A DNA stretch of 55,035 nucleotides from NCBI RefSeq assembly GCF_006345805.1, contig NW_021833790.1, positions 1 through 55,035 of the forward strand. Direction: 5' to 3'. Below are positions 50,140-55,035 of the stretch, one piece after another; position 1 is the first letter of the stretch; the number at the start of each line of letters is the position of its first letter. The stretch is from Octopus sinensis. Taxonomy: Eukaryota. The notes under the pieces were generated by a model, which worked only from the letters and a program-made list of their open reading frames with translations, made no database searches and was not told where the DNA came from. Position numbers and translations under genes: made by a program.

Positions 50140-51189
50140 GTTCGGAAAATGAATAACAAGATTATTGGGTTTGATTTGAGGGAGATTTAGCTGCTATTTT
50201 AGCAGGTCAAGCGATCAACTTAGCCGTTGGAGTGTTGTATAGCGGATGCTAGTGACGCGATCGTGTGTTGTAATACCAGTGCTGTAGTGTGTACCGGCGA
50301 TTGTCATATTGTATAGGGTATTGCATTTAGTGTCAGTGGTATGTGCTAAAGTGCCAGTGGTGTTGTACTGTTGTAGTCGTGCTGCAGTGTTTTGTAGTAG
50401 TAGAGGTCTACTATTTCTGTGTTGTATATAACAGTGCTTCTGCATAGCAGTGTGTTGTGGTACTGGTCATAGTACAGTGTGCACTCGAGCATGTTATAGT
50501 ATTGGCAGTGGTACTGTAGTGTAATGCAGTTGTGGATTGTGTTGTAGTGCGTGTTGTAGTATCATTGGTTGTGTACGCAGAATTGTGCTGCAGTATATGC
50601 GGTAGTGTTAGTGTAATGTGTACATGAGTATTGTTGTAGTACCAGTGGTGATGTATTGGTAAAGTTATTTTAGTGGTACTGTCTGTGATAGTGCCGGTGG
50701 TAGTAGAGGATATTGTTATGGTGATGGTGTGTATATGCACGTGTGTTTGTGCGTGCGTGTGTGTGCATACGTGTGAGTGAATGTGTAAATGTGTATGTGC
50801 GTGCATTGATGTATGTATACGTGTGAGTGAATGTGTATGTGCGTGTGTATGTATGTATGTATGTATGCGTGTGTGAGTGTGTGTGCATATGTGTGTGTGA
50901 GTGAATGTAAGTATGTATGTATGCGTGAGAGTATGTGTATGAGCGTGTGTGTATATGTGTGTGTGTGTATGTATGTATGCGTGTGTGAGTGTGTGTGCAT
51001 ATGTGTGTGTGAGTGAATGTAAGTATGTATGTATGCGTGAGAGTATGTGTATGAACGTGTGTGTATATGTGTGTGTATGTATGTATGTATGTATGTATGT
51101 ATATATGTATGTATGTGTGTATGTGTGTGTGTGTATGTGTGTGTGTCGTTTCGTAATAACTGCTGCAGAATGAAATAGTAAGCGGGTGT

Positions 51190-51214
51190 GTACATCTGTA
51201 TGCATGTACGTACG

Positions 51215-51250
<36 letters not shown>

Positions 51251-51362
51251 CTACGTACATACATACATACATACATACTACGTACATACATACATACACA
51301 CATACTACGTACACATACATACATACATACACACATACATAATACATACATAAATACATACA

Positions 51363-51396
<34 letters not shown>

Positions 51397-51890
51397 CGTT
51401 CGTACGTACATACATATATACATACATACAAACATACATACATGCATGCACACAAGCGTAGGTGAGGCATATATACACACATAGATATATGCATACATAC
51501 ACACCTACATGCATGCATACATACAGGCTTACAACACATACATACATACACGCATGCATACATACATACATACATACATACATACACACATACATACATA
51601 CATACATACATACACACATACATACATACATAAATACATACATACATACATACATACACACATACATACATACATACATACACACACACATACATACATA
51701 CATAAATACATACATACATACATACATACACACATACATACATACATACATACACACACACATACATACATAAATACATACATACATACATACATACACA
51801 CACACATACATACATACATAAATACATACATACATACATACACACACACATACATACATACATACATACACACATACATACATACATATC
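51190..51890. repeat. (CATA)n tetranucleotide array with CACA/TAAA variants
   Basis: Direct reading; explains the 405-aa and 262-aa ORFs. Confidence 0.95.
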
Positions 51891-51929
51891 GATATATGAT
51901 AGATAGATAGACAGGCAGACAGACAGATA

Positions 51930-51960
<31 letters not shown>

Positions 51961-52374
51961 GGTGGTGGTAGTAGTAGTAGTATAGTAGTATTAGTAGTAG
52001 TAGTAGTAGTAGTTGCAGCAGTAGTAAGAATAGTGGTGGTGTATACAGGAGGTTAATGCACCCGTTTTGCACACTCACATATCATAAACATACGCTCCCA
52101 GTGAGTGATGCAGCGTGTGTGCGTGCGTGCGTTGATCCGTGTTCGTGAATACTCGCATACAACCACACCCTTTACGAATAAACACACACAACACACACGC
52201 ACACACATAACTACATACACATACACACAACACACACGTACACGCTTTAACGTAAATATACCAACATATAAATATACAGGCATACATTCATATACACACA
52301 CATACACAAACTTTGCATCAAAACAAGAGGGTACAATTTTGTAAGGGAGGAAAGATGGAAGCAGATAAAAGGGA

Positions 52375-52410
<36 letters not shown>

Positions 52411-53290
52411 TATACATATATATATATATATTAACAAACATATATATATGTAGATGGATTTTTGCTTCTATATTTACATACACATATTGTGTGTGTGTAT
52501 ATATATATATGTGTGTGTGTATTTGTGTATGTGTATATGTATGTATGATTATGTATACAAAGAAAGAAAGGAAGAAAGAAGGGTGTGTGTGGTAGCTTGG
52601 TATATTGTTGTGTGTAGAAGGGGTTGCAGTACTGCAGTAGACATACACGCGCGCGCACACACTCGTGTTTACACACACGCATACACTATATATATATATG
52701 TGTGTGTGCGTGTGTGTGTACATAGGGTATTGTACTGCACTGCCTGTATATGTATATATGTGTGTGTGTGTGTATTGAAAGCATGTGGCTGTTGAATTGT
52801 GTTTACGCTGTTTACACTCACACATACACATGCACACACACTCACATAAATACGCACACACAAACATGCACATACACACACAAATATACAGACACATATA
52901 TACAGCCATACACATATCCGTGGTGTGAGAAGTGTAAAAAAATGAACGAAAACAAGCGAAAAACGTGTGAGGAGGGGTGATTAGAAATAAAAGATAGAAT
53001 CGGGAGATTTAAAAGAAAAATAGTAATTGAGAACGAGAGAGAGAGAGAGAAAGACAGAGAGAGAAAGAGACAGACAGAGTAATAGCAAGCGAGATAGATA
53101 GAGACATAGAGAGTAAGAGATAGATAGACAGATAGAGATAGAGAGTGAGAGAGAGAGAAGGAGAGCTGGACGCTACATGTAACACGAATGCGGTCCGACT
53201 CAACGTGGTTCTGGATTTACACTGACGAAATAGACGGAACGAGGCAGCATATATACATACACACACACACACACACAGACACACAGACAC

Positions 53291-53336
<46 letters not shown>

Positions 53337-53405
53337 ATATATGGCGATGTATACGTATATATATATACACGCGTATATATACATGCATATACTGCACACA
53401 TGCAT

Positions 53406-53447
<42 letters not shown>

Positions 53448-53689
53448 ATATATATTATATATATATATATATCTATATCTATATATATATATGTACACAA
53501 TGTGTGTACATGCACATACACACACATTTTTTTATAAAAAGAGAGAGGGAGGGAGGCAGAGAGAAAGGAAGAGGAGGGACAGAGAGAGATGAAAAAGCAG
53601 AGAGAGAGAGAGTAAGAGTGAGACAGAGAGAGACAGAAAGATTGTGTAAAAGAGAGAGAGAGAGAGTAAGCGTTTGCTCACTGTTTAAA

Positions 53690-53905
53690 TGTGTGTGTAT
53701 GTAAGTATGTATGTATGTATGCATGTATGTATGTATGTGTGTGTATGTATGTATGTATGCATGTATGTATGTATGTATGTATGTATGTATGTATGTGTGT
53801 ATGCATGTATGTGTGTGTATGTATGTATGTATGCATGTATGTATGTATGTATGTATGTATGTATGTGTGTATGTGTGTATGCATGTATGTGTGTGTGTAT
53901 GTATG
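53690..53905. repeat. (TATG)n array
   Basis: Direct reading; inverted relative to 51190-51890. Confidence 0.95.
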
Positions 53906-54174
53906 AGTAAAGGATAAAAAAACTGGAAAACAAAAGGAGAGAAGATTGATTGAAAAGGGAGAGTAAAGTTAAGAAGGTAAACGAGTTTGTGTGTGTGTGT
54001 GTGTATGTGTGTGTGCGCGCCCGTGTGTATATGTATGTGTGTGTGTGTAAGAAAAATAAGAGACGTCAGTGAGAGAGAGAGAGAGAGATGAGAGATTGGC
54101 AGTGAAGGCAATCAATAGAGAATAAAGCGAAAAGTCAGGAAGAACGAGAGAAAAAACGAGGAAGTGTGATAGTC

Positions 54175-54198
54175 TCCTGCCTATCTATCTATCCATCC

Positions 54199-54229
<31 letters not shown>

Positions 54230-54294
54230 GCTATCTATCTATCTATCTACCTACCTACCTACCTATCTATCTATTTATTCTATCTATCTATTTC

Positions 54295-54349
<55 letters not shown>

Positions 54350-54374
54350 CCTACCTATCTATCTACTATTTATC

Positions 54375-54405
<31 letters not shown>

Positions 54406-54427
54406 CTATTTATCTATCTATCTATCT

Positions 54428-54459
<32 letters not shown>

Positions 54460-54471
54460 CCGATCTATCTA

Positions 54472-54515
<44 letters not shown>

Positions 54516-54590
54516 ATCTCTCTACCTACCTATCTATACCTATCTATCTATCTACCTACCTACCTCTATCTATTTATCTTCATCTATCGA
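54175..54590. repeat. (TATC)n / GATA array
   Basis: Direct reading. Confidence 0.95.
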
Positions 54591-54664
54591 TAGGTAGATT
54601 GATAGATAAAATATATTGCCTCGAATAATACGCAAACGTTGGAGAGAGAACAAACCAAAGATGA

Positions 54665-54830
54665 AATCTCCAAGCGTAGCTAGATCAGCTAGAAATAGCA
54701 GTCAAATTTCTCAAATTTTCCCTCAAATCACGTCCTGCAGTTTAAGGAAGGTCATATCAGAAAATTGCAGTACTTGATATATAATTAGACGGAATGGTCA
54801 TGACTAGAACGCTTCTGACTGCAGGTGTGT
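54665..54830 (+). mobile_element. Family C repeat
   Basis: cagctagaaatagcagtcaaatttc...ccctcaaatcac...gacggaatggtcatgactagaacgc. Confidence 0.65.
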
Positions 54831-55035
54831 TCTGTCAGGCCTGACCTCTGGCTTTAACATCACACAGAAAGGTATATCCATGCGCCTCTGTTATCTACCT
54901 ATATTTCCCTTTGTCTCTCATCTTTCTCTCTCTCTCTCACTTTCTCTCTCTATTTCCTTGTCTGTCTATTAAATTGTTTATATTTCTTTTCTCTCTATGT
55001 ATTCTTGGTCGATCCAGTAAACTCTCCCCTCGTTC

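Noticed and set aside
50411-52078. Long ORFs of 257-405 aa (and similar ones at 12779, 15124, 29214, 53479)
   Set aside because: They are stop-free translations of (CATA)n, (TA)n, (CA)n and (GA)n tracts, open in several frames and on both strands, with no domain content.

Overview
AT-rich, microsatellite-saturated animal genomic DNA with no confidently identifiable protein-coding exon, rRNA, true tRNA or CRISPR array. The long ORFs in the track are translations of (TA)n/(CA)n/(CATA)n/(GA)n tracts or of SINE bodies. The repeat families match, from recall and not from a database search, those of coleoid cephalopods (most likely Octopus); the window is probably intronic or intergenic. Contents: at least three tRNA-headed SINE families, a fourth retroposon-like family ending in (AAC)n, several MITEs (hAT-like, piggyBac-like, TA-inserted fold-backs, one carrying TTAGGG repeats), Helitron-like fragments and degenerate minisatellites. 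The most interesting signal is seven hammerhead-ribozyme (HHR) motifs (682-752, 4835-4870, 18935-18969, 19390-19425, 21860-21916, 22081-22116, 25987-26028). Five lie in two related families of ~170-200 bp microsatellite-flanked elements resembling Penelope-like-element (PLE) terminal repeats or retrozymes. One (21860-21916) has a complete canonical core plus an upstream antisense segment that could block its cleavage site. Other notable structures: an 8-unit ~83-bp array built from a retroposon 3' end (47765-48425), SINE concatemers restarting at a fixed internal site, SINE-derived hairpins that could be dsRNA substrates, and three TTAATTAG sites spaced exactly 20 bp apart. Family names A-D and H1/H2 are my working labels. 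Element boundaries were read by eye and are approximate.
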